A stretch of DNA of 64,000 bases from a virus (IMGVR_UViG_3300028797_000007:47500-111499), one strand, 5' to 3'; numbered from the stretch's first letter, positions 24,708 through 35,105 are shown. Numbers and translations are program-made. Notes: generated from the letters alone by a model not told the origin.

Positions 24708-25110
24708 TTGACTTCATAGGCGTTTTGTAGTATAATTATATTAGAAAAGAAAGAAAAGGGCAAAACTTAAAAAAGGGTACGGGCGGACGCCAGTCCCCCC
24801 TAACCCCCCATTCTTATATTATATCATAAGGAGCTGCATCTTGTCAAGAGTTTTTTAGAAAAAAAATTAAAAAAAATTAAGCAAAAACTATTGACTTTAA
24901 CAGAAAAATTTGATATAATATATATAGAAAAGATGAGAAAAGAATAAACAAAAAAATTCTAAAGCAAAATTAAAAAAAATAGTTGACTTCTTCTTCTGAA
25001 TATGATATAATATATATAGAAAAGAAAAAGAAAGAAACTAAACAAAAAAGTTTTGCAAAAATCTTTTCAAAAAGTGTTGACTTTCACTTAGAGTTGTGAT
25101 ATAATATATA
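24708..25110 (+). promoter_or_regulatory. Four tandem sigma70-type promoters
   Basis: TTGACT-17-TATAAT at ~24708, 24891, 24983 and 25077, three with an extended -10 TG. Confidence 0.8.
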
Positions 25111-25181
25111 TGACAATGAAAAAAGTCAAAATTAAAAGGAAAGGGCATTTACATTAGTCGGTAAATGTTAGGGTGATTAAA

Positions 25182-25466
25182 ATGGCTAAAATGGTTGGAA
25201 TGAACAAAAACTACAGAGAAGTTGGAGCAGTATTAAGAACATTTGAAAACGGTGCTGCATTCGCTAGAGAAGTATTAAATAAAATGGAAGGTAGAACTTT
25301 CAACTCAGTTAACGCTACTTTAGCAGCAATGGCTACTAAAGGCTATGTATCAAAAGCAAAAGCAGTATTTGAAGACAAAATGTTAACAAAATACACTTTA
25401 ACTGAAGCAGGTATCGCTGAATTAGATAAACCTGAAGAAGTTCCTGCTGATGAAGATGCTGAATAG
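25182..25466 (+). CDS. Winged-helix DNA-binding protein (paralogue family)
   Basis: AFAREVL...TFNSVNATLAAMATKG...KMLTKYTLT. Confidence 0.7.
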   Translation: MAKMVGMNKNYREVGAVLRTFENGAAFAREVLNKMEGRTFNSVNATLAAMATKGYVSKAKAVFEDKMLTKYTLTEAGIAELDKPEEVPADEDAE

Positions 25467-26049
25467 CATCTTTTTTTTAAAGTCTTTTTTTTATAAAAAA
25501 AACTCTCCCATTATATATATATTATACCATGAAATACAAGTACTTGTCAACTATTTTTAAAAATTTTTTTAGCGAAATTTTGCCAGGTTTCTGGCATATT
25601 TTTTTCTGGCATATTTTTTGCCCGCCCCCTATATTTTGGTGACGGAGCTGCACCCCGTATTTTGCCTCCGCCCAAAAGGAGCTGCTCCCTTATTAAATGT
25701 ATTAGGGGGCCGCCCCCCGAACATATGTTTGGTAAAAGGAGCTGGACCTGAAGCAGAGCAGATGATGGAACAAAGGAGCTGCGGAGCAGCGACCAAAGGA
25801 ATATATATATAATAATAATACTCTCCCATTCTAATATAATTATACACCATCGCGCCAGTGTTTGTCAACTATTTAAAGCAAGATTTAGGATATTTTTTTA
25901 GGGCATAAAAAAAAGAGATAGCGAACACGCGCTACCTCTGTATAGCCCTTAAACTTGACAGGAGCTACCTCTGTTGAGGTACCTCATACCCCACCGCTTT
26001 ATCCCACATATTACCACACATAAAAAAAATAGGTATGTGTAAAATAGGT

Positions 26050-26330
26050 AGAGTATATAATTACTATATATATTACTTATATATAACCTACATATATATT
26101 ATACTTATACTACCTATTATATTATTATTATACCTATTATTATATTACTACTTATTATTACTACATAATATATACTTATACTATATATTATTACTATATA
26201 CTTATTATTACTATATACTAAATACTACTATATACTATATATTACTATATATATATTACTACTTATATTATACTATATATTATATATATATTATACTTAT
26301 TTTTACTAGATAGTATTTAACTACTTCGTA
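26050..26330. repeat. Low-complexity (TA/TAC/TAT)n tract almost devoid of G on the + strand
   Basis: Direct reading. Sits at a convergent transcription boundary. Confidence 0.85.
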
Positions 26331-26400
26331 AACTACAATTTTAGTATATATTTAATTTGGTAGGGTAGTATATTTTATTATATTATACTACCCGCTAATG

Positions 26401-26670
26401 CTAACGCACTTTTTGTTTTGGTATGCCCCCTTTTAAGCCTCCCTCTAATGAGTAGTTAAGGAATTTAACCATTTCTGTGCCTCTTAGGATTAGAGCTGCC
26501 TTGGTCTTATCTACTACCCCTTTTCTGGCTAATGTTAATACCATTGATTGTGCCTTAAATTCAGTGTAGCCTTTTCCTAGCATATCTGCTATTTGTTTTG
26601 GTGTTGCCATACCTTCGTTTAATACTCTTACGATTTTTTCCTCGTTATGTGTCAACATCATAATGCTCAC
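26401..26670 (-). CDS. Winged-helix protein
   Basis: LTHNEEKIVRVL...TPKQIAD...LARKGVV. Confidence 0.65.
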   Translation of the reverse strand: MSIMMLTHNEEKIVRVLNEGMATPKQIADMLGKGYTEFKAQSMVLTLARKGVVDKTKAALILRGTEMVKFLNYSLEGGLKGGIPKQKVR

Positions 26671-27272
26671 GCTCCTTTCCTTTTTTCCTTAGCATTATTT
26701 CTTTATTACAATTATATTATACTACGACTTGGTGCCGTTTTTCAAGTATTTATTTCATATTTCTAGCATATTTTTTGTAGGTGTGCACTCCTTGCCTTGT
26801 TCCCCCATATTTGGAGGAGGTATCCCTGTACCAGCATATTTGCTGTACGGCACTGGACTGTGTCCGTAAAGGTTTGACAGGACTTGACTACCCGTCCACT
26901 AATCCCCAAGGACCTACTATATGCAGCCGTTCCTAACGTGTTAGGCCATAACTCGCCTCTTCTTTTAAAGTCAAACGAGGAGAAAACTCGGCTCTGCCTT
27001 GCCTGCCAGGCTTATCCATCGCCCTGATAAGTGGGAACGCTAACCCCACGACCTAGCGTTTAGTCGGCTCGTGTATTTAACCACCCTCAACGAGTCATTG
27101 GAAAGGGAATCACCCCTATTGGTTGTTTGCAAACTAGTGTTTTTTACCTATCCTAATACGCAGTCCCGAAGGCACTGGGATACAAGGTTCGCTTCCTTGG
27201 TCCGCGGTCAAGGATTTAAGATAGCCTACAAAACTTAAATCCCTCAACGCGAACTAAGCAAGTGCTTAGTTA

Positions 27273-27428
27273 TTAGATAGCATACTTTGCTGCTCTTGGA
27301 TTAGCGTTTCTGCCGTGTAACTTTTTGTTAGTCTTGCCTTTTCTAGCTAGGTTTGCTGCTGTTCTCATGAATTGAGCAGAATTTTTGTCTACTACAATTT
27401 TGCTTACAGTTGGTTTTCTTTTAGCCAT
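27273..27428 (-). CDS. Small basic protein (51 aa), paralogue of 33913-34140
   Basis: MAKRKPTVSKIVVDKNSAQFMRTAANLARKGKTNKKLHGRNANPRAAKYAI, AAGGGTGA RBS. Confidence 0.75.
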   Translation of the reverse strand: MAKRKPTVSKIVVDKNSAQFMRTAANLARKGKTNKKLHGRNANPRAAKYAI

Positions 27429-27646
27429 TTCGTTCACCCTTCACAGCATTTCTGCCGTGCCTTTCCATTTTATTTTTTCTTTTGTTTTTCTATATATATT
27501 ATATCACTTTTTGAACCTTTGTTCAAGTGATTTTTTAATTTTTTGCAACTTATTTTTTTAGGTAGTTGCCAAACCTTTTTGAAATGTATTTCTTTTTCAT
27601 TTCTATAATAATTATATCATTATCAGGTGGCTTTGTTCAAGTCTTT

Positions 27647-27865
27647 TTATTCAAAATTGCTTAAAATTTTGAACTTAGGATTTGGGTCGCCATCTTTGCA
27701 AGTGCAGTTATATAAGTAGATTTCGTGGTTTACAATATTAGCTACGCTATGTAAACTATCATAACTGCCGATTGAATACCAAGTAAACGCAGGATAAATG
27801 ATGTGTCCCTCTTCATCTACTATATCTTTTTCAGCATATCTAAATACTTCCCACATAACTATCAC
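27647..27865 (-). CDS. Hypothetical protein
   Basis: Own promoter and GAAAGGA RBS. Confidence 0.6.
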   Translation of the reverse strand: MIVMWEVFRYAEKDIVDEEGHIIYPAFTWYSIGSYDSLHSVANIVNHEIYLYNCTCKDGDPNPKFKILSNFE

Positions 27866-28369
27866 TTTCCTTTCTTTATTACAATTATATTATATCATTT
27901 TTAGGTGGCTCTGTTCAAGTTTTTTAAAAACTTTTTTGTTAAGCCTCCTCGCCAAATATTGACCTCTTTTGTGCACGCGACCTCTCGACAGTGACCATAC
28001 TCACCTACCCGACTTACATAGCGAACTGCGTTGGACTCTTGTATGGTATATAGGAGCAGGTCAATCAGTTCCACCACAGCCATTTATCTTTTTCGCCCAT
28101 AATCATTGGACTGACGATAGTTAGGCTTCACTCCCTTTTCCCGAGTATAAAAATCAATATCTGGCGGCGAGGTTTAACTCTCACCTTTTAAGGAATAAAT
28201 ACCTCAATGACAGAAACTATTAGTAGTATTACGGCAATCAATAAGCAAACTCCCATCATTTTAATATAATGTAATTTATTGCTATTCATAATACCACCTC
28301 TTTCCTTTTTTTCTTTTTCTTTTTACAATTTAATTATACAATAAAAAGGTAGTTCTGTTCAAGTATTTT

Positions 28370-28645
28370 TTAGTTTAATTTTGCTTTAATTATATAATAC
28401 ATTTCTACTGTGCCAGTTTCATAAGTTACTTCTAAAGTACCCCTTTCCCTATCTAAATTATAAGTAAACTGATAATCCATTTCCACAGCATCGGCTCTAA
28501 TTTCATCTAAAATATTCATTATTTCAGTTTCTGCCTTTGCTCTAGAGCTATGTAAAGCGTGGTTTTCATTACATATTAAAGTAACTAAACCTTGGTCATC
28601 GTGTTCAAAACCTGTAACAATGTAATAATATCTATCTTTAATCAT
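28370..28645 (-). CDS. Hypothetical protein
   Basis: AGGAGAGGGG RBS before MIKDRYY. Confidence 0.6.
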   Translation of the reverse strand: MIKDRYYYIVTGFEHDDQGLVTLICNENHALHSSRAKAETEIMNILDEIRADAVEMDYQFTYNLDRERGTLEVTYETGTVEMYYIIKAKLN

Positions 28646-28949
28646 ACTATCCCCTCTCCTTTCTATATTTTCTTTCTTTTTTCTAAATATATTATAATAT
28701 AAAATGCTACCTCTGTTCAAGTCTTTTTTACCCTAAAATTTACATATCATTTTTAAAGCGATTTAAGGCACCGTAGAGCGACGAAATAGTTTTAATGATA
28801 AATTATATTAAAAAAATATTAAAAGCTGTTTATACTAGCTCATTTCGCTTTATATGAGGTATTTATACTTCATTTAAAAAAAATATTTTTTAAAACATAA
28901 AAAAAGATAGGTCGGTCCTATCTTTCTATATCAATCTATCCCCCTACTA

Positions 28950-29204
28950 TTATTCAGCGTCTACTGAAACAGTATATTGAGTTAACATCTTGTCGCCTGA
29001 AACAGCTTTAGCTTTAGTAGCTAATCCTTTTCCAGCACAAGCAGCTAGAGTAGCATTTACAGCATTGAAAGTTTTTAATTCAGTTCTATCTGCATAATTT
29101 TCGTCTAAGTATTCTAATACTTCACGAGCAAATGCTTTTCCTCCTAATTCTTTTACTGCATTGATAGCAGTTTCCATTTTACCTGTAACTTTTACTTCGT
29201 TCAT
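28950..29204 (-). CDS. Winged-helix protein (paralogue family)
   Basis: AFAREVL...TFNAVNATLAACAGKG...KMLTQY. Confidence 0.7.
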   Translation of the reverse strand: MNEVKVTGKMETAINAVKELGGKAFAREVLEYLDENYADRTELKTFNAVNATLAACAGKGLATKAKAVSGDKMLTQYTVSVDAE

Positions 29205-30810
29205 TGTTTTCACCCTTAACAATTAACTTGTCCCTTTCTTTTAATTTTTACATATATATTATAACACTTTTTTAACCGACTTTCAAGTGTTTTAATCATT
29301 TTTTTTAAGGTCAACTTTCGTTAGTTTCATCTCGCAACATCAGGTAGGGAATCACTCCATGCCCTTAGCTAAAAGAGCCGCCCACAGGTAAACCTTAATG
29401 GGGGGTCGCTATATCCCCAATGAAGACCTCGTAAATTAAGCAATATATACTTGCTTATTACGAGATTTTAAGTAAAAAACCTAAAACCCCCTAATAAATA
29501 AGTATATAAACGCCTAGTTGAGTGACTTGGTTGCCCGTCTGCTCAACTAGACGGAGGGAAGTATTAAGACTATTCCTAATCAGTGAGTAGCTTAAGTATC
29601 TGCACCTTTCGCCGTAGTCAACGGATACTCACACTTTCGCTAGCAGTGAGCTGCGTTGGTATGAAAGATTTAGATTTATAACACTGGTGCTCTTCATACA
29701 AGGTTCGCTACAGTCGTAACTCGGACACCTCCTTATGTGAAATTTACTAGGTAAAGTACACATCTGCCCTTTGTTTTGTATTTCGCACTCTGGTTCACTT
29801 TTCTCTTTCATTTTCTATATATATTATAACATTGTTTAATAGCATTCGTCAACTATTTTTTTAATGTTATTTCCAAAAAATAGATGTCCGCCCAAGGACT
29901 TTCACCAAGGGACGCCAACTCGAGGTTCAAAACAAATTACTGCTAGATGACCTGTTCGATTACCCTCTATATGAGCTGACCTTTATTTTCTTTCGTGTGT
30001 CTATATTCCACCACGGACAATAATTATGAAAGGTTGTGATGCCACCCCAATTTTAACCACAGTCTCTGGCACTAGGTGAACTTAATCTCCTAGGAGGGTT
30101 CGGGCCCCCGTGCGTCTTCCTTATTTCAAAGCTACGCGGTGGCATGTATAAACTAATTAAATGAGAACCTTTCGCATTTACCTTAAACCGATTAAATCGG
30201 GTGTAGAAATGGTAGCCTCGTCACTATACTTGGTATAGTAATTCTCACAAACTATTTTTCTTTCTTTCTAAAATAATTATATCATTTAACACTGCCTCAA
30301 ATCAAGTTTAAAACTTAAATTTGACTACTTAAATTTCGTTCGGTGTGTTAGAGAGGTTTTTGTTAACCATATTTATCAAACATCTCATAAAACTATGGTG
30401 TATTCTTTTAAGTAAGGATTTTTCTCTTATGGTTATGACTCAAGGTCTACCAGCCTTACTATGGCTCACTTTCCAAATATTTCTTTTTCATTTGATATAT
30501 ATATTATATCAAATATTTAAGATAATTTCAAGTTTTTTATAACCCATTTTTATCAAAACTTTTAAAATCTATGGGGCATTCTTTTTGATACTTTATTTCA
30601 CCGAAGTTACTGCATATCGGGCTCGCTTTCCAATTTCCTTTTTTTCTTTTTCTATATATATTATATAATATTTTGAATGCTTTTTTCAAGTCTTTTTTTC
30701 AAAATATTTTTCACAAAACGGTTACCCCGTTTTATTTTTTTCTTTTTCTTTTTTATTACAATTTAATTATATTATATTTCGCTACCTTTTGACAAGTATA
30801 TTTTTTAATT

Positions 30811-31415
30811 TTATGCTCTTTGAAAAATAAAAGTATATGGTAGTCTTCCTACTAAGGTATTACATAAGATGAACTTCAGTCACCAGAGAGTTAAATGCCT
30901 CATAAAGGAGCTACCTTTATTTCTACTTAACCCACACAAATGTGCCGGAGCTGGATGGGATTGGTACCCATTACTTTCACTTGTAATTTAGGCAATTTTG
31001 ATACCGCAATCAACGCCCTTGTCGCAGTCTTAAGCTACTCGCACTATCTTCCGTGTCTTATACCCATATTACTATGGTTCAGCTGCGACACTCGCTTATT
31101 GGTAATTCAGCTTCCCCTCTTGCCCACCACAGGCAGTGGTTCCACAGTCTCTCTCTTAAATATGGGGCTACCCATACCTAAGCCGTCAAGATGACGAGCG
31201 ACTGGAAGATATACTTTATCCACAATATATAATCCCCACAATCTACTTTCTTTTCAACCTATTAAAGTCGTCTTGTTATTTAGTTGCCTAAATAACCGTC
31301 TCCATCCATTGCTAAGTCTCCCAAGCAACTAAGAAGGGGCTGTAGATTTCCACCCCCTGACTACAATCAGGGTTTTTCAAGTGGTTCATACAATTTTATT
31401 TTTCAAAGAGCATAA
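30811..31415 (-). ncRNA. Large structured RNA ~600 nt (ROOL-like candidate)
   Basis: 22-bp terminal inverted repeat TTATGCTCTTTGAAAAATAAAA, GC-enriched, no credible ORF, next to the tRNA cluster. Family call is from size and context only. Confidence 0.55.
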
Positions 31416-32164
31416 ATATTGTCTTGGTGGCGGCCACGCCGTTAATGTATTAAATCAATTAACATTGTGGTGGCTTCGCCTCGTCAAGACTATATATATT
31501 TAAAAAGGTTGTGAACTTGGAGATATAATCTCCTATGAATATTTTAGTGCCTCCGAGACTTACGCTGGGGCTGAGAATCACCTCTTATCCAAATGCTTCT
31601 GGGACTTATATAAAATATTCATAGCAAACTATATTTCCTACAACGCAGACCCAAACTCACTCCTACGGACTGCTGGGAGACCTCGTACTGTAAGAGCTGT
31701 AAAACAACTCCGCATCTCCGTTTCCACACCTTAATACTCCGATAGAAAATTGAGCATTCAACACGAATTACGGGCTAGCGGCCAATGCTGGGTAATCAAT
31801 CCTCGGGCGGCAATTTCCGGCTGACGGTCTGTAGTCTCAATTCCCTATCGCAGCACTAAGGCTGCTTAGAAAAAATGGAATACTTAATCGGGGATTAAAA
31901 CCCCTGTGAGAACAACGCCTGACTCGGGTAGGAGCCGTAAATATCCCCTGCACTTACCGGGTAACCGTTGTATTGTTCTCACAGCGATTTTAATCACTTT
32001 TCTTTCTTTTTTTCTAAATATATTATAATATAAATTATAACCTTTTTTCAAGTATTTTTAACATAATTTTTATTTGGTTGCTTGTTACCTATTCTTTTTA
32101 ATCCTACTCCGAATAATCACTCCGATAGAAGGAAGAAACCTGTTCCCTGTTATCCAAATAAAAA

Positions 32165-32241
32165 TGGCGCCCCAAGTAGGACTCGAACCTACGACCTAAC
32201 GGTTAACAGCCGTTCGCTACTACCAACTGAGCTACTGAGGC
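32165..32241 (-). tRNA. tRNA-Asn(GTT)
   Basis: Cloverleaf, CCA encoded. Confidence 0.95.
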
Positions 32242-32246
32242 AAAAC

Positions 32247-32322
<76 letters not shown>

Positions 32323-32548
32323 ATGTATAGCGTCGGTTTTATAGGTAAACCGACAAACTTAATGGAGATAAAAAACTGGTGAAGTATGTCTAGCATACTC
32401 CTATCAAAATATTATCAGGTGGAGCGGTCCTATCTCCACGCTTTAACACGGCGTCGCCTTCCCACATTAGGTAATCAACCCTTGCTTGCAGCCTGCTCTA
32501 GTTCCCCGGCAAACAGATAATATCTTGATAGCAATATGCTAACACATA

Positions 32549-32842
32549 TTACTTATTTGCTCTATATTTCTCCCAGAAATCAGAAGTAACAATGAAGTCA
32601 TTCATTTCTACCCATATTTTATTAAAGGTATATATTGCGAATGCTGTTTCCCAAGGCACAATTCTATTTCTTTCAGGTTGTTCTTTATCACATAACTCAT
32701 ACATATAATACATTATGCCATCTCCACGACCTTTTTGTATTTGACGGGCATAAAATCTATCCCCGAATACATCTTCAAATAGTTGCTTGTTTAATCTTTT
32801 TATATTACGATTAACCAATCTATCGTCCTTGGTCTTGCTCAT
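32549..32842 (-). CDS. Hypothetical protein
   Basis: AGGAGTGA RBS. Confidence 0.65.
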   Translation of the reverse strand: MSKTKDDRLVNRNIKRLNKQLFEDVFGDRFYARQIQKGRGDGIMYYMYELCDKEQPERNRIVPWETAFAIYTFNKIWVEMNDFIVTSDFWEKYRANK

Positions 32843-32918
32843 TATAATCACTCCTATTCTTTCTTTTTCTAAATATATTATAATATATTTCTCTAGGAGA
32901 TTTCAAGTTTTAATAGAC

Positions 32919-33134
32919 TTATTTTTTAATTATTTTATTAGCGTCCAATGTTACGCTGTTATGAAACGCATGGATAACATTCTTTAATAGTCCAACAGCT
33001 GCGAATATGAAGTAATATCCTGTTATAGTTAGTTCAGGACCTCCTAATTGAGCAACTCCTTTTATAAAGAAATTACCAAAACCAAATAAGTTTAAAAACC
33101 ACGCTACAAATAGCATCCAAATAATACTTAACAT
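32919..33134 (-). CDS. Small membrane protein
   Basis: Two hydrophobic segments, GAGGAGG RBS. Confidence 0.65.
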   Translation of the reverse strand: MLSIIWMLFVAWFLNLFGFGNFFIKGVAQLGGPELTITGYYFIFAAVGLLKNVIHAFHNSVTLDANKIIKK

Positions 33135-33248
33135 TATTCTTCCTCCTCATTATCTTTCTTTTTTATTTTACATATATATTATATCATAAAAAAATAAGAG
33201 AAATCAAGTCTTTTAATAAATATTATCTAACTTAATTTCTCTTTAGGA

Positions 33249-33671
33249 TTAGTCTAGTAAATTTAGTACTTCTTCAATGATTTCTCCTCTATAAAGACCT
33301 GTGTTTACAACAGTATCAAGGCTATAAAGATTATTACTAATATCACTAGCAATACTGCGTGCGATATCTTTTTCTTCTTGAGAAAGTTTACTGGGAATTT
33401 TTTCTTCCCTGTCATCTTCATCGTCCCAATCTTCCTCGTCTTCCTCATCATCGTCCCAACTATCATCATCATAGTCGTCGTCTTCCTCGTAATCATCGTC
33501 GCTGTCATAATCATCATCTTCGTAGTCTTCGGATTCAATCCAACCATTTTCTACTAAAAATGTTTTGAAATCAATATCAGCGTCTTCATGAGCTAGCATC
33601 TCACGAATATCTCCAATAGATTTTTCTAATAGTTCTTCTAAACTATCTTCTGTCCAGTTAATATTAGCCAT
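33249..33671 (-). CDS. Highly acidic protein
   Basis: About 40-residue D/E tract. Confidence 0.7.
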   Translation of the reverse strand: MANINWTEDSLEELLEKSIGDIREMLAHEDADIDFKTFLVENGWIESEDYEDDDYDSDDDYEEDDDYDDDSWDDDEEDEEDWDDEDDREEKIPSKLSQEEKDIARSIASDISNNLYSLDTVVNTGLYRGEIIEEVLNLLD

Positions 33672-33673
33672 AA

Positions 33674-33898
33674 TTATTCTCCCTTCATCTTAAATTTTTC
33701 TATTTCTTTTTTGGCTATCTTATCTTTAGCCTTGTTTTTATAGGTTCTATTATCTAAACACCATTGGCATTCCCATTGATGTCTGCGTCCACCATGATTT
33801 CTACAATGTCTGTCTACTGCTTTTGCAAAAGATTGTCCTTTTGTCCCATATTCAGTTCGGTGTTCTTTACCACTTTTTATTGCTTTGCTAAGAGACAT
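33674..33898 (-). CDS. Small basic Cys/His protein
   Basis: CRNHG...CQWC motif. Confidence 0.7.
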   Translation of the reverse strand: MSLSKAIKSGKEHRTEYGTKGQSFAKAVDRHCRNHGGRRHQWECQWCLDNRTYKNKAKDKIAKKEIEKFKMKGE

Positions 33899-33912
33899 AG
33901 TCTCACCTCCTA

Positions 33913-34140
33913 TTATGAGGCTGCTACTTCACTCTTTCTATATTTTTTACCAGAACCTTTTGGATGAGCCTTGGCATATTCAGCTGCTGCGTCCTTAAGT
34001 TCTTTACCTTTAACTGATAAATACTTAGATGCCATAGGGTTGCTTTTTAATTTCTTATTAGTCTTACCCTTTTTATCTAAATTAAATTGAGTAACAGAGA
34101 ATTGTGCTTCTCCACTTTTACTTGCTTTTCTCTTTGCCAT
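33913..34140 (-). CDS. Small basic protein
   Basis: MAKRK...AQF...NLDKKGKTNKKL. Confidence 0.7.
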   Translation of the reverse strand: MAKRKASKSGEAQFSVTQFNLDKKGKTNKKLKSNPMASKYLSVKGKELKDAAAEYAKAHPKGSGKKYRKSEVAAS

Positions 34141-34210
34141 TTTAATCACCTTTCTTAATAATATTATATTATATATTTATACCTTTTGAAAAGTATTTAA
34201 CTCAAATTTA

Positions 34211-34297
34211 TGGTGGGAAACAGAGGATTCGAACCTCCTCAACCAAATGGTATTTGATTTACAGTCAAACGCGACTCGCCATCTTCGCCGATTTCCC
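34211..34297 (-). tRNA. tRNA-Tyr(GTA)
   Basis: Cloverleaf with variable arm. Confidence 0.9.
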
Positions 34298-34414
34298 ATA
34301 AAAATAATGGCTGGATTTATCCACTTTCCTATGACCCCCGAAGGCGCCACCCGGATTCGAACCGGGGATTGTTAACTTTCTACCTCTCCTATTTCAAGCA
34401 GGTTCCCATCATTT

Positions 34415-34771
34415 TTAATACTTCGCATTTGGACAATCTCTCTTGTATTTATCTTCAAATGCTTGTGTTTTAAAAGCACCCGTATTCATACAAACTAATT
34501 CAAAAGACATATAATAGCAATCGTTATCATTCATATAAGAATATACTGATTGACCTGGCTGTAATTGTTGCTCAGGTAATCTAACATTTTGCTCTATTCT
34601 ATCTTCTGCGACATTCTCGTCCAAAAAGTCCCTTTGTTTTATATATTCAATTAACTTGATGTATCTATTAAGAGCAGCCTTATAATTAGTACCAATATAT
34701 TCTATTATACTCTCGTAGCCATCATATTCCCTTGTATACATAACTATATAAAACGGTCTTGTTCCTTTCAT
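34415..34771 (-). CDS. Hypothetical protein
   Basis: MKGTRPFY start, downstream of tRNA-Leu. Confidence 0.6.
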   Translation of the reverse strand: MKGTRPFYIVMYTREYDGYESIIEYIGTNYKAALNRYIKLIEYIKQRDFLDENVAEDRIEQNVRLPEQQLQPGQSVYSYMNDNDCYYMSFELVCMNTGAFKTQAFEDKYKRDCPNAKY

Positions 34772-34797
34772 TTTATACACCAACTTTCTCTTTAATT

Positions 34798-34885
34798 TGG
34801 TACCGGCCGTGGGACTTGAACCCACACACCCATTGCTGGATAACGGATTTTAAGTCCGTTGCGTCTACCATTCCGCCACACCGGC
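34798..34885 (-). tRNA. tRNA-Leu(TAA)
   Basis: Cloverleaf. Confidence 0.95.
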
Positions 34886-35105
34886 ATATATTTCCCCCTG
34901 TATTGTTTGTATCCCCAGGAGCTGAGCCACTCCCCTAGTTTCGAACCTAGAGTATTCTAGCTGGGAACCTTCTTCTCTCATCTTATAGAAGTCAAGCACC
35001 ATATATGAGAAGTGAAAATCTCTTTTTCATTTCTAAATATATTATATAATAAAACCCCGCCTATTTTCAAGTATTTTAGCATAATTGACGGGGATAAATT
35101 TCGAA

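Larger units (their letters stand above)
21877..25731. promoter_or_regulatory. Five LexA/DinR (Cheo)-like boxes
   Basis: CGAACATTTGTTCG 21921, CGAACAAATGTTCG 24398, CGAAAATTTGTTCG 21877, CGAACATATGTTTG 22407 and 25718. Confidence 0.6.

Noticed and set aside
24700-25110. CRISPR-like periodic repeat
   Set aside because: The recurring units are promoters (TTGACT...TATAATATATATAGAAAA), not identical repeats with spacers.
26035-26313. 92-aa Tyr/Ile/Leu ORF
   Set aside because: Artefact of the low-complexity TA tract, with no RBS.
30162-30247. Hammerhead ribozyme (TGACGA...GAAA on minus)
   Set aside because: C3 is missing and the TGA is sequestered in the TTACTATAC/GTATAGTGA hairpin.
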